32,927 nucleotides of DNA from Craspedostauros australis (taxonomy: Eukaryota). A program made the position numbers and the translations under genes. Within the stretch, counting starts at the first letter, position 1. Every line of letters starts with the position of its first letter. The notes under the pieces are model-generated. The model made no database searches, had not been told where the DNA came from, and saw nothing but the letters and a program-made list of their open reading frames with translations. This document shows, one piece after another, positions 1 to 9,501 of this stretch. The stretch is taken from NCBI GenBank assembly GCA_030167865.1, contig JALAGF010000675.1:1-32927 (forward strand), written 5' to 3'.

Positions 1-852
1 GCAGAATGGAAGTTTGTCGATGTATCCATCTGGAAGGTGGGTGATTCCGTCACAGCCGGGACCCTGCTCGCCAGTTGGTGCCACACTGGTGGTTGGCTCG
101 AAGCTGACGCTGGGGGCGTTGGTCTTTTTCGGTGGCGCAGTCGGCGAGCCGGTCGGTGCGGGGGTTGGGCGCAGTTGGGCATCCAGCTTGCGTTGGACGT
201 TGGTGTCGATCTCGGCTGGTTCGGTATCTTCATCGACATCATTCGAATCGGAATCAGCATCGGCATCAATCTCCACTTCCTCTTCAGCGGAATCCTCGGA
301 GCAGCCGCACTTGATCTCGTAGGTCACGGTGCACATCTCCGTGGGAACGAACTCCCCAAGATCGCATTCGTCAGGGAAGCGACCGTCGAAGTCTTCGGCA
401 AGATCCTCGAGCTTCTCTCCGTCGAGANNNNNNNNNNNNNNNNNNNNNNNNATCTTCGCCGTGTTGGTGAGCGGGTCGCACATGATGTCCATGGCTTGAC
501 CCTCCGCAGTGTAGAGGTTGGAACCAAACGTCACGGGCCCGAAGTTCTCGATGCACACCGGCTCGCCGTTGGTGTAGACGGATGGGATCACCAAACCCGC
601 AAAGTCGACGTCCTGCCCTTCGAAGAAGGTCTGCTTGACGACGACGCGGACAGATTCTGGATCCTCCGGTTGCTCCGAAGCCAGAACGACGGCCTCATCC
701 TTGGCGTTGACGAGACCGGCCGCATGGCAGCTACCGCTCTTGGCCGGCTTGGCGCAAGTTGGCTTGGAGACCGCCATGGGATCACGTTCGGGAGAGGCAT
801 CGACCGCCGCACCCCCGAGAAGGGCGAGCAACGATGCTGCAGAAAGCTTCAT
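1..852 (-). CDS. Secreted Cys-rich/acidic protein with PT-rich linker (candidate cell-surface or cell-wall protein); 3' end runs off the window
   Basis: Manual translation from ATG at 852: MKLSAASLLALLGGAAVDA (signal peptide), a Cys-containing domain (VRVVVKQTFF...PVCIENF...IMCDP...DECDL...MCTVTYEIKCGC), a D/E tract, RKL at 192-184, then PTPAPTGSPTAPP. There is no stop down to base 1 and the frame is kept across the 24-N gap. It is absent from the ORF track because no stop lies in the window. Confidence 0.85.
   Translation of the reverse strand, partial: MKLSAASLLALLGGAAVDASPERDPMAVSKPTCAKPAKSGSCHAAGLVNAKDEAVVLASEQPEDPESVRVVVKQTFFEGQDVDFAGLVIPSVYTNGEPVCIENFGPVTFGSNLYTAEGQAMDIMCDPLTNTAKXXXXXXXXXLDGEKLEDLAEDFDGRFPDECDLGEFVPTEMCTVTYEIKCGCSEDSAEEEVEIDADADSDSNDVDEDTEPAEIDTNVQRKLDAQLRPTPAPTGSPTAPPKKTNAPSVSFEPTTSVAPTGEQGPGCDGITHLPDGYIDKLPFC
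428..451. other. Assembly gap (24 N) inside the secreted-protein CDS
   Basis: Run of 24 N in the sequence. Confidence 0.99.
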
Positions 853-2296
853 GGTTGCTTGGGCGCGTAGTGGCTTGGTTGTTTGATTTTGACGCTTGCG
901 ATGTGTTGTTGCTTGTGTGTTGTTTGCGTTTGCGTTGGTCACCTCAAACTTTTTATGAGTGTTGGATGATCGGAATAGAAGGTGTAGTCCGATGATGCAT
1001 GTGATGAAGCATGTGGGGCAAGTGTTGCCACTGCCCTTGACGATGCTACATCAGATCATGATGGTGATGATCATGATGATGGTGGTGATCCTGCTGCGTT
1101 GGTGTTCAACAGGACACGGGCACCATCGTTGTGGTTGGGTTGACCAGAAGCAAACTCCGCTCTCACGATCGCATCACGTCGCTGAGCATTGCATTAGATA
1201 ATACATATGCCGATGTCGATGCCGATGACGATGCCGGAAAGCCACCGGAGGAATGTTGCGGTTGGTGGTGGTCATGGCGATGACGATGTCCCTGATTGTG
1301 GTTGTGATGATGTGCCGCAACCTCAAGAGCAACCAAAAGCAAGAGAATAGGTTCGGCTGCGGTTGTTGCTCGTGCTTGCTACATGAAGAAGACCTTTTCG
1401 GCAACAACGCGACGAACACAACCAGAATGACTTTCGCTGGCGCCAAAACCATCTCGTTCTGTGGATGCCGACACAATTGCCGATTTCCTTTTTTCGGAGA
1501 AACAAAGTAGTCGAAGTCGTGCGTGGATTGATGATTTCGGAGATACTATCTCTCGTTCGTGACGAAGATTCGCCGTTGAAGAAAGAAAGAAAGAAAGTGT
1601 GAGGTCGAAATCGTCACTCATTTTGCGAACAAGTTCCCAACAAACCGACACCAGACGCATCCAACCAAGCCCTCGCTTTCTGAGATGCTGCTCCGAAAGC
1701 ATCGGTCACTGAGTCACGTTGATTCCTTCCATACTGTGTTACGAGGAATACTGGCCATCGGGGACGGAGCCCATTCGATTTCTCCCTGTCGAACACCGAG
1801 ATCGTCGTCATCGTCAATACCGGCGTCATCAATATCGCATCGCAAACACAGTGGCGATCCCATCGAACGTCAACTTCGCTCCAACGACTCCCATCTTACG
1901 CATCGCCGCCATTTGGGTTCCCCATTCGGCGTGTTGGACTTTGGCTGCTCTTGTCCATCAACGCTCACGCCGGCGTTTCGGAATCCGAGATTGGTGTCTT
2001 GGAGTTGCGCGGAACAAGTTTCTGGGACCACTCATGACTCTCTACGACTATTCCGTTCGAGATACGAGTACGAACACGCTTGGCAGGGTGTCCGATGTTC
2101 AAAATGATGTTCAACCAAGTGGTAGCTGCTCTACGCTATTCATTATTTGGTGGCACACGATTATTCTACCCCATCTTGTGTTGAGATATGCGGCGCGAGC
2201 TGGGATCTGTGCTCTTTCCGCTGTCGTAGTCTCCAGCTGCTCATGTTGCTGCTGCTGCCATCGAACTGCCGATGGCTGCAGCCTCCCGCATTGTTC

Positions 2297-3982
2297 TCAC
2301 ATGGTCTTGTAGGCTGTGTAACCAACACCGCATCCCATGCATGAAAGTATCGCAAACACCATGAAGGCGCCAACGCGTGGCGCAAACACTCCGGATGAGA
2401 TGCAAAAGGACACCAACAACCCTACAAACGTCGGTGCCAGTCCTTTGGTCAAGCTTCCTCCCAACATGCTGAAGCCGTTCATTGTCCCACGCTGCTCGGG
2501 TGAGACGGTACGATTTGTCAACACCGTGATGCTCGAAAAGAACATCAAGCTGAAGATTCTGTACAGCGCCAGGACGATGCTCAGGAATAGGTACGTCGAC
2601 CAAGACAACTCATTGTCCCTGCTACCGCTGCCGCTGCCGTTGGTCGCATCCTGGTCGCCGCTGATGTCCGTGGATGAGTTCAGTAGAACAGAGAGCGGAA
2701 TGAGCATCAGCAATGGCCCCGCGACGATGCTTCCGATCTGGACCGATCTTGTCAATCCAACGCAGTCCACGACCTTGTTGTAGACGGAGTATTGGCATAC
2801 TGCGAAGATGAAGCCGCTTGTTGAGAGGATCTTGCCGATGTTGACCTCAGACAATCCCAGCCCTCCATGTTGACTGATGCAGAATAACGGAAAACCCTCA
2901 TCGACCGCCACCACGACGAATGAGAACAACCAATATACGATGAGGTGGGTCCTGGTGTCGGTGTTACACCAGATCTGGGCGATTGTTGCCTTCGGGATAT
3001 CGGCGGCTGTGCAAGTAGCTTTTGCACTTTCCAATTCTTGATTGGATTCTGTTTGCGCTGTTCCGTACGCAATTGAAGCCCCGTTTTCTGTTTTCATGAG
3101 ACCATCCGTTTCTTCTTTGTTGTGACGCTTTGAAGAAGTAAGGTGGGATGTGAAGAACTCGCATAGACTCCGAACAATGTCACCCACTATATACTTCGGA
3201 CTTCGTTTTCGTTGTGGCGGTAGCGTTTCTGGCACGAAGGAACTGACGACAAAGAGAGCGAAGATGCACATTATCACGGACACCAGGTTGGGCAGGATGA
3301 AGGGATACTCTGATAAGAATCCATGAAATTGCTGTACGATGGCAGAGTCGGGATACGCCTTGACCGGTTCCGACAGCACTCCGCTCAGCGCCGGGCTGAA
3401 GAGGAAAGACCATGCCCACATCCCCATCATCAAGCTCATGCCTTTGGTTTCCAATCCGCCGTTTCCCTGCGCCAGCTCCGACACGCAGGTTTTGCTGGTC
3501 CCAAACAGGCCGTTGCAAAGGCCCATCATGAAGCGCCAAAAGACAGCCAAAGGAAACGACGAGGCAGTTCCGAAGAGCACGGACAAGAAGCAGCTGGCCG
3601 TCAAGGAGATGATGAGGACAAATCGGCGTCCGTACGAATCGGCAATCTTTCCCCAAGCAACCGAGGACATGGCGCGGCCAGCCATGAAAGCAGACGCGAG
3701 CATTCCGGCGTAGGATCCTGCATTTTCTTCGTTGACACCATCGATGAGTTCGATTGCCATGAAGCCGCTGTACGGAAAGACGCTGATGATCAGCCATGAT
3801 TGGCTTGCGGCTGCCGTGCACAGTGCACAGATGCCGAGCCAGTATTGACTTTCGGTGAGCGTTGGTATCTGATCGTGGTACTCGACATGCTTGTCATTGA
3901 GATCCCTCAGTGATGGGGAAGCGATGTCTTCATCGGTCGTGTCCGACAGCATCGCTGTACCCAAAGTGATAGTTTTTGACAT
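2297..3982 (-). CDS. MFS transporter, ZIFL1/ZIF1/TOM1-like (zinc-induced facilitator-like)
   Basis: 561-aa intronless ORF with about 12 hydrophobic segments. It has MFS motif A (WGKIADSYGRR) and ZIFL-type blocks FPYSGFM, YAGMLASAFMAGR, GVLSEPVKAYP, EYPFILPNL, PETL and QRGTMNG. Confidence 0.9.
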   Translation of the reverse strand: MSKTITLGTAMLSDTTDEDIASPSLRDLNDKHVEYHDQIPTLTESQYWLGICALCTAAASQSWLIISVFPYSGFMAIELIDGVNEENAGSYAGMLASAFMAGRAMSSVAWGKIADSYGRRFVLIISLTASCFLSVLFGTASSFPLAVFWRFMMGLCNGLFGTSKTCVSELAQGNGGLETKGMSLMMGMWAWSFLFSPALSGVLSEPVKAYPDSAIVQQFHGFLSEYPFILPNLVSVIMCIFALFVVSSFVPETLPPQRKRSPKYIVGDIVRSLCEFFTSHLTSSKRHNKEETDGLMKTENGASIAYGTAQTESNQELESAKATCTAADIPKATIAQIWCNTDTRTHLIVYWLFSFVVVAVDEGFPLFCISQHGGLGLSEVNIGKILSTSGFIFAVCQYSVYNKVVDCVGLTRSVQIGSIVAGPLLMLIPLSVLLNSSTDISGDQDATNGSGSGSRDNELSWSTYLFLSIVLALYRIFSLMFFSSITVLTNRTVSPEQRGTMNGFSMLGGSLTKGLAPTFVGLLVSFCISSGVFAPRVGAFMVFAILSCMGCGVGYTAYKTM

Positions 3983-4723
3983 CGTCGTGAGGTCGTGTCT
4001 CGTCTGCTGGTGGCGGCCCTCTCGATCAGTGTTGTGAGTTTTGTGAGGATCGCACGCTCACAGGAGAGAGTTGGTGGCAGACCTTGCATGCTGCGCCTCT
4101 CTTTGCGTTTGTTGCTTTTCCGTGCGCGTACGGATTGTTCTTTGTTGATCATCAAGCTCACGAGTGATGTGATCCACGTTTGAAGTGCAGGTTTGCAAAA
4201 CGAATTCGTCGGTTGAGCTTCGTTCGTTCGTGCCAAAACAACGCTTCTTTTTCGGATTCGATTCGCTGCAAAAAGCGCAAAAATGTTTGCAGATTTGTCT
4301 CGATAGCTCTTTCGAACGAGATGCATGTCGAATTTCCAACCAAAAAAGAGGATTCCAATCAATCAATATTCCAACGCGTCAAAACTCAACAACAAAACAC
4401 CAAAACAAATCACAACCAATCTTTGGAAGATCCCACCTCCACCTCCACCTCCACCACCACCAAACAGCCTCAGCACAGACAATGGGATGACGCCAACGCC
4501 AACGCCACACTACCAATAGCAATAACAACAGCAATAACAACAGCAATAGCAATCGCCTCATTGATTACGTCGGGCTTGCATCATCAAGACTGCTACGTGC
4601 CTACTCGGCTGTTGACTCGTTCCCAGCCGCTCCTCGAAGGCGCCACCAGGCACACACGAGCTACGAGAGGTGTCCTCTCCAGAGTCCACCGCTGTAGCAG
4701 ATTTCTGTGATCACGCTACGAGT

Positions 4724-7348
4724 ATGCACTTTGGCTTTGCACCCATATCTTCCGTTGTTGTCTCTCTTGGCTTCGTCGTTCGCGGTCTCCGTACACCAAC
4801 ACGCTTAATACACGCAAGTCGTCTGCATACAGGTGCAGATGCTGCTACGAATGCAATACCAGCAACAGCAATCCCATTGAGGACCAATAGGAAGATGGTG
4901 GCGAGCAAGGGGACGATACGTACTTGTGATGGCACCGATACCGCCAACGATGGCCACCCCGAGAATGTGGCGGATCATCGTGTTGCAGGCGGGCCGCACC
5001 TTTCGTTGCTCTGGTCGCAACACGAGCCGCTGAAGGGGCAGTCCTTGTACCTGGGTGGCGAGGTGGGGTGCGATGGGATGATCTATTGCATCCCGGGACA
5101 TGCACCACGCGTGCTCATGATCAACACTCAGACGGACACTGTGCATCCGATCGGTCCGCAGTTGACATCCAACGGCGCCAAGTTCAAGTGGTTGCGTGGG
5201 ATCCCAGTGGGCGACGTTATCTACGGTCTGCCGTGCCATGCCTCGGATATACTTCGGATTCACGTCCCGACGCGCACGGTCACCAAACTGCCGATCCCGT
5301 ACGATGAATTCTACTCCGATCCCGAAATCGCCAAGCAGCAACGGGAGCAGATATGGAAGTACCATGGTGGATCTGTCTGTCCCATCGATCAGTGCATCTA
5401 CGCAATCCCGCAAAGCGCCTGGCACGTCGTCAAGATTGACCCCTCCACTGACACCGTGTCGTTAGTTGGACCGCGACTAGAAGGACGATACAAATGGTAC
5501 GGTGGCGTGGTTGGAAAAGCGGATGGTGCCATTTACGGTATTCCACAGAATGCATCCAGCGTCCTGCGCATCGCACCCTCCAGTATCACTGTCCACGGCG
5601 ACTACGGCACGGGCGGCCACAAGTGGCACGGCGCGGCAGCGGCTGCCAACGGTATGATCGTTGGCGTTCCTGCGAATGCGGACACGGTCCTTTGTATCAC
5701 TCCTGCGGATCCGGAACCGATCCTTGTCGAAATTGGAGATGCGGCCACGATCCAAACAGGACGTCACAGGAGTGATGGCAAGTACAAGTATCTCGGCGCC
5801 ATCGCAGGAACCAATGGCAAGGTTTACATCTTCCCAAGTGGCAGCGAGCATGTGCTGGAGGTCAATACACAGACCATGAGGGTCAGGAACGTCGGTCCCA
5901 ATTTACACTCCATGGAACGCACGGTGCAAAACAAATGGCAGAATGGCTTGACTTGTCCGCAGGATCAATGTGTGTACGCAATGCCGCTGGCTGGTGAGAC
6001 TATCTTGCGGATCGATTGCAGCAACAGCAACGGCGAGAGTCGTGATGAGGGTGATGATGAGAGTGCAGAAGACCCCGAGCCTATCGTCACGACATGGAAA
6101 CTTCCGTCGCCACATCGAGGATTGGCCAAATGGGAAGGGGGAGTGCTGACAAAGAGCGGCATCATGTACACGGTGCCGAACAATCACAAGGCAGTGCTTC
6201 GAATTGAGCCAGCATGCCTACGTAACAGTGGAAAGACGAAGAACAATGCCCTGACTTCTGCTACACCTGAAACTGCTGAAATTGGCGATGTTCCGAAGGA
6301 CGACGGCACACAAGCTGCGGCAAGGCAAGCGGACGCATTACGTGTTGCCACGACCGTGACCAAAGAGGCCATATCGCCCGCCACAGCAGCACCACCACCA
6401 CCACCCAAGCCATGCGCATCACAGCCAAATCAGTCACAACAGCAGCCACAAAAGCGGAACAACAAGAAGTATGTTGGGAAAGAGAGCGAGTACGGTGGCG
6501 ACAATGAGAATCTGAAATATCGCTCCGGCATCCCAACATTGCGATCCTCGGCTCACCGAGTAAAATCCTCGCTGAAGAACCGCAAGCATGATCCCAACCC
6601 GCGCGATCGGCACGGCAAGGAGACCAAGACAACCTGGCTGCCTCCATCTGTCGTCATTGAGGATGTATTTCCATACGACATTGAGCGCTACGACCTGCGG
6701 CGAGCGATCATTCAGATGCTGTCCCAATGCGATTCCAATATCATCGGTGAATTCCAATCCGATCGATTGGAAGACTTGCAGGTGCCACCATCGTCAGTTT
6801 GGCGTGCTGTGAACGGCGGGCGAGTGGAGGATGCGCAAAAGTATTTGTCCAACGCTGTTGCGACCAACGAACAGTTCTTGAATGCTTTCGACAGTTTCGT
6901 TCAGGAGGTGGTGCTGCCATACCTCAAACAACGGTTGGTCGCTGCAGGTGCAGGAGACGAGACCGAACCAATTACGTTTTATTACCAAAGGCCACCAACG
7001 TTGCGTTTGCAGCCCGGTCCAGGCTGGGCCAAGGTGAAGCCTCACAGGGACTCCGAGTACGGACATCAGAACGGCGAGTTGAATTTCTGGGTGCCGCTGA
7101 CGGATCGATCCCGTACGGGCGTTGATTTGTTCTGCGAGAAGCAGAACGACTTTCATCCTATCCCAGCAAAGATCGGTGAAGGAATCGCCTTCCATGGTTC
7201 GTCCGTGCGGCACTACGTGGATGCCAATGGGACAGAACAAACACGCGTGAGTCTGGATTTCCGGATTGGTGTGCAAGGGTACTTCGATCCGTACTGGCAG
7301 ATGAAGGGCACAACAGATGACCATGGACGCTGCGAAGTCCAACTTTGA
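4724..7348 (+). CDS. Eight-repeat beta-propeller fused to a C-terminal StrG/PhyH-like Fe(II)/2-oxoglutarate dioxygenase domain
   Basis: Long intronless ORF; first ATG at 4724, alternative ATG at 4895. Eight repeats of (K)W/YxGG...G.IY.IP....VL.I lie at about 5048-6207. The C-terminal domain has YQRPPTLR, H-R-D (7043-7051), GH..GELNFWVPLT, a distal His (7211) and TRVSLDFR (Arg at 7244). Confidence 0.8.
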   Translation: MHFGFAPISSVVVSLGFVVRGLRTPTRLIHASRLHTGADAATNAIPATAIPLRTNRKMVASKGTIRTCDGTDTANDGHPENVADHRVAGGPHLSLLWSQHEPLKGQSLYLGGEVGCDGMIYCIPGHAPRVLMINTQTDTVHPIGPQLTSNGAKFKWLRGIPVGDVIYGLPCHASDILRIHVPTRTVTKLPIPYDEFYSDPEIAKQQREQIWKYHGGSVCPIDQCIYAIPQSAWHVVKIDPSTDTVSLVGPRLEGRYKWYGGVVGKADGAIYGIPQNASSVLRIAPSSITVHGDYGTGGHKWHGAAAAANGMIVGVPANADTVLCITPADPEPILVEIGDAATIQTGRHRSDGKYKYLGAIAGTNGKVYIFPSGSEHVLEVNTQTMRVRNVGPNLHSMERTVQNKWQNGLTCPQDQCVYAMPLAGETILRIDCSNSNGESRDEGDDESAEDPEPIVTTWKLPSPHRGLAKWEGGVLTKSGIMYTVPNNHKAVLRIEPACLRNSGKTKNNALTSATPETAEIGDVPKDDGTQAAARQADALRVATTVTKEAISPATAAPPPPPKPCASQPNQSQQQPQKRNNKKYVGKESEYGGDNENLKYRSGIPTLRSSAHRVKSSLKNRKHDPNPRDRHGKETKTTWLPPSVVIEDVFPYDIERYDLRRAIIQMLSQCDSNIIGEFQSDRLEDLQVPPSSVWRAVNGGRVEDAQKYLSNAVATNEQFLNAFDSFVQEVVLPYLKQRLVAAGAGDETEPITFYYQRPPTLRLQPGPGWAKVKPHRDSEYGHQNGELNFWVPLTDRSRTGVDLFCEKQNDFHPIPAKIGEGIAFHGSSVRHYVDANGTEQTRVSLDFRIGVQGYFDPYWQMKGTTDDHGRCEVQL

Positions 7349-7706
7349 ACGCGATGTATGTGTCGTAGGCTGCAATGGAATTGAGCAACACGCTCTCTCG
7401 AGGTGTCATGTTTGCAAAGATGAGATGCGCATAGAAGTGATTACAGATCAGGGTAACCGTAGTCGTTCAATCGGTGCCGTTGTTGATCATAGAGCATTGC
7501 ATATACATATTGGCATTCTCTTTGCTAGTACACATTTCTAACTGTGGTGAGAATGAATGTGTATGGTACGGAGTGCCTGAATGATAGAGTATGGTGGAGT
7601 CTATTTTCAGAAGAGAGCAGAAGTATCCATCGATGCTTGCGAACTGGGTGGTTTCATCTTCGCGTGTACGTATGTATGATGTGCCGTACCTCTTCGTCAG
7701 CCTGTT

Positions 7707-8887
7707 TCAAACATCTTCGTCGTACCGTCGGGATCTCTCCTGCGCCCTGCCAAACGTTCCCAGCCGTCCATACCTGCCACGTTCTCCTCCGTCGTCGCTA
7801 TCGCTGTCGTCGTCCTCATCGTCGTCGGACGGCTTGTACTGAATCGCGCCAGTCCCATGCAACCACTGCTCCAGCTTGCGCGTTTTGAATTCGTCCGGAC
7901 GCAAGGTGGACGATGCCAATCCTTGGAACCCCATCAGCCGATCGACGGTCGTGCCGTCTTGGAACACGATGAGCGTCGGCAGCGTCTTGAGCTGGAGCTT
8001 GGAAGCAAAGAACGGTGCCTTCTCAGCATCGAGTCGCAGGAACTTGCACGTTGTGTGCTTCTGAACGATCTTGCGCAGATGCATGTCCATGATCTTGCAA
8101 CGTTCAAAGTCTTTGTGGAAGAAATGCACGGCCACGAATTCGGAGGAGCCGGTGCATTCCGGCAAGAACTCATCCTGCGTGATGGTGCGGTAGTCCTGGT
8201 GGCCTTTGGCAATGTTCTCCACGCGTTTGATTTGTTGCTGTTTGAGCTGTTGCAGGCGGCGCTGGCGGAATGCCTCCATGGCGCCATCATCGTCCAAGTC
8301 ATCATCGAAGTCGCTGTCATTGAAGCTGTTGTCGTCGTCTTCTTTACTTTCGGCCTTTTTGCTGTTGCTGCTGTTGTTGTTGGCTGTGTCGGGGGATTGC
8401 ATGTGCAATGGAGCCTGCTGGTGTTGCTCCTGCTGCTGCTGCGGCATCATGGTGGATGGCGCTGCACCACCCGGGTGCTGGTACTGGTAAGGATTGACCA
8501 GTTGGCCAATATTCCTCAGTCGACCATCTGTGCGCTCGGTGATGATCTCTTCGACCACCTCAGGTTCATCACCCTACAGCACAGTTGAGCGAATCGTTCG
8601 GTCCGGTTCGGCGCGTTGTTTGTGTGATTTTGTGAGTGGGAATCAGTCGAGTGGCGGAACGAAAGGACAGGCAAGTGAGACAGACGCACGGATGCACGGC
8701 TGCACAGATGTACGTACGTATGAAACAGAAGTCAACACACACTGCGAAGATGACAGGCAGGACTGCACACTCTACCATGCTCGACTACGCTCGTACTCAC
8801 CGGCTGTGCCGTGAATGGAGCCAACGGATCCAAAGCAGTGAACTTGCTGCTTTTGGACCCAGGAGCTGAGCTTTGGAGGCTCGGCAT
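7707..8887 (-). CDS. TXNDC9: Thioredoxin domain-containing protein 9 / phosducin-like protein 3, 2 exons
   Basis: Exons 8887-8801 and 8573-7707; phase-0 intron 8800-8574 (gtgagt...tgtag). Phosducin/Trx motifs: AVHFFHKDFERCKIMDMHL, KFLRLDAEKAPFF, LPTL, DRLMGF. Confidence 0.88.
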
Positions 8888-8982
8888 AGTTGCTTCTTCT
8901 TCTTCACAGAGTAGTTGCTTCCTTGCTTGTCGGTATTGGTTCGAAGCTGATGATAGATCCAGACCCAAGCCAAAGCAAGTCT

Positions 8983-9001
8983 TCTCTCTCTCTCTCTCTC
9001 T
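8983..9001. repeat. (TC)9 microsatellite upstream of the TXNDC9 start, in the divergent intergenic region
   Basis: tctctctctctctctctct read directly. Confidence 0.9.
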
Positions 9002-9501
9002 TGTGCAGTTGTGCTATCGTCTGAGAGTACCTGTGCTCTCCTCGTAGTTTGGAGGCTCTGTGCGTTTGGAGGGGTTGCTTTCGAGTTGTGTGTTGTCTGC
9101 CATGATCACGTTCATGGTGTCTTTGCTCACGCTCACTTCATTTGTTTGCGTGTTCTTGTTGCGTCCACGAAATTTTGCGTTCCATTCGTTTCATCGGATG
9201 GAACAATTCGTGATTCGACTACGTTGATCGATCGCGATGAATGAACACGAATTGATTACTCACGTGTGCGACGTGACTCGGTTCTCTTTGGCGAAGTCGT
9301 TCTCCGATCTCATTTGTTGTTCCAATCGTGGCGCGCGGTGTGTGGCATGGTGCTTGTTGCGTGCCTCTGCAAAGCGTTGGACACGACGGGTGCAGACAAA
9401 CGGCATCACGACCAGGCCACGCTTCCAACTACTCGTACTACTATGGCACCGTAGAACTAGTCATACTCCTCAGTATTGGTCGCATCATTGCAGTTGTCAC
9501 C

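Noticed and set aside
37-870. 277-aa plus-strand ORF
   Set aside because: Antisense shadow of the minus-strand secreted protein, which has a proper ATG, signal peptide and domain structure.
900-2296. Several short overlapping ORFs plus GAT-rich and AAAG microsatellite-like tracts
   Set aside because: No recognisable motifs; consistent with promoter and 3' UTR sequence between two minus-strand genes.
7857-8588. 243-aa plus-strand ORF
   Set aside because: Antisense to TXNDC9 exon 2 with no independent motif.
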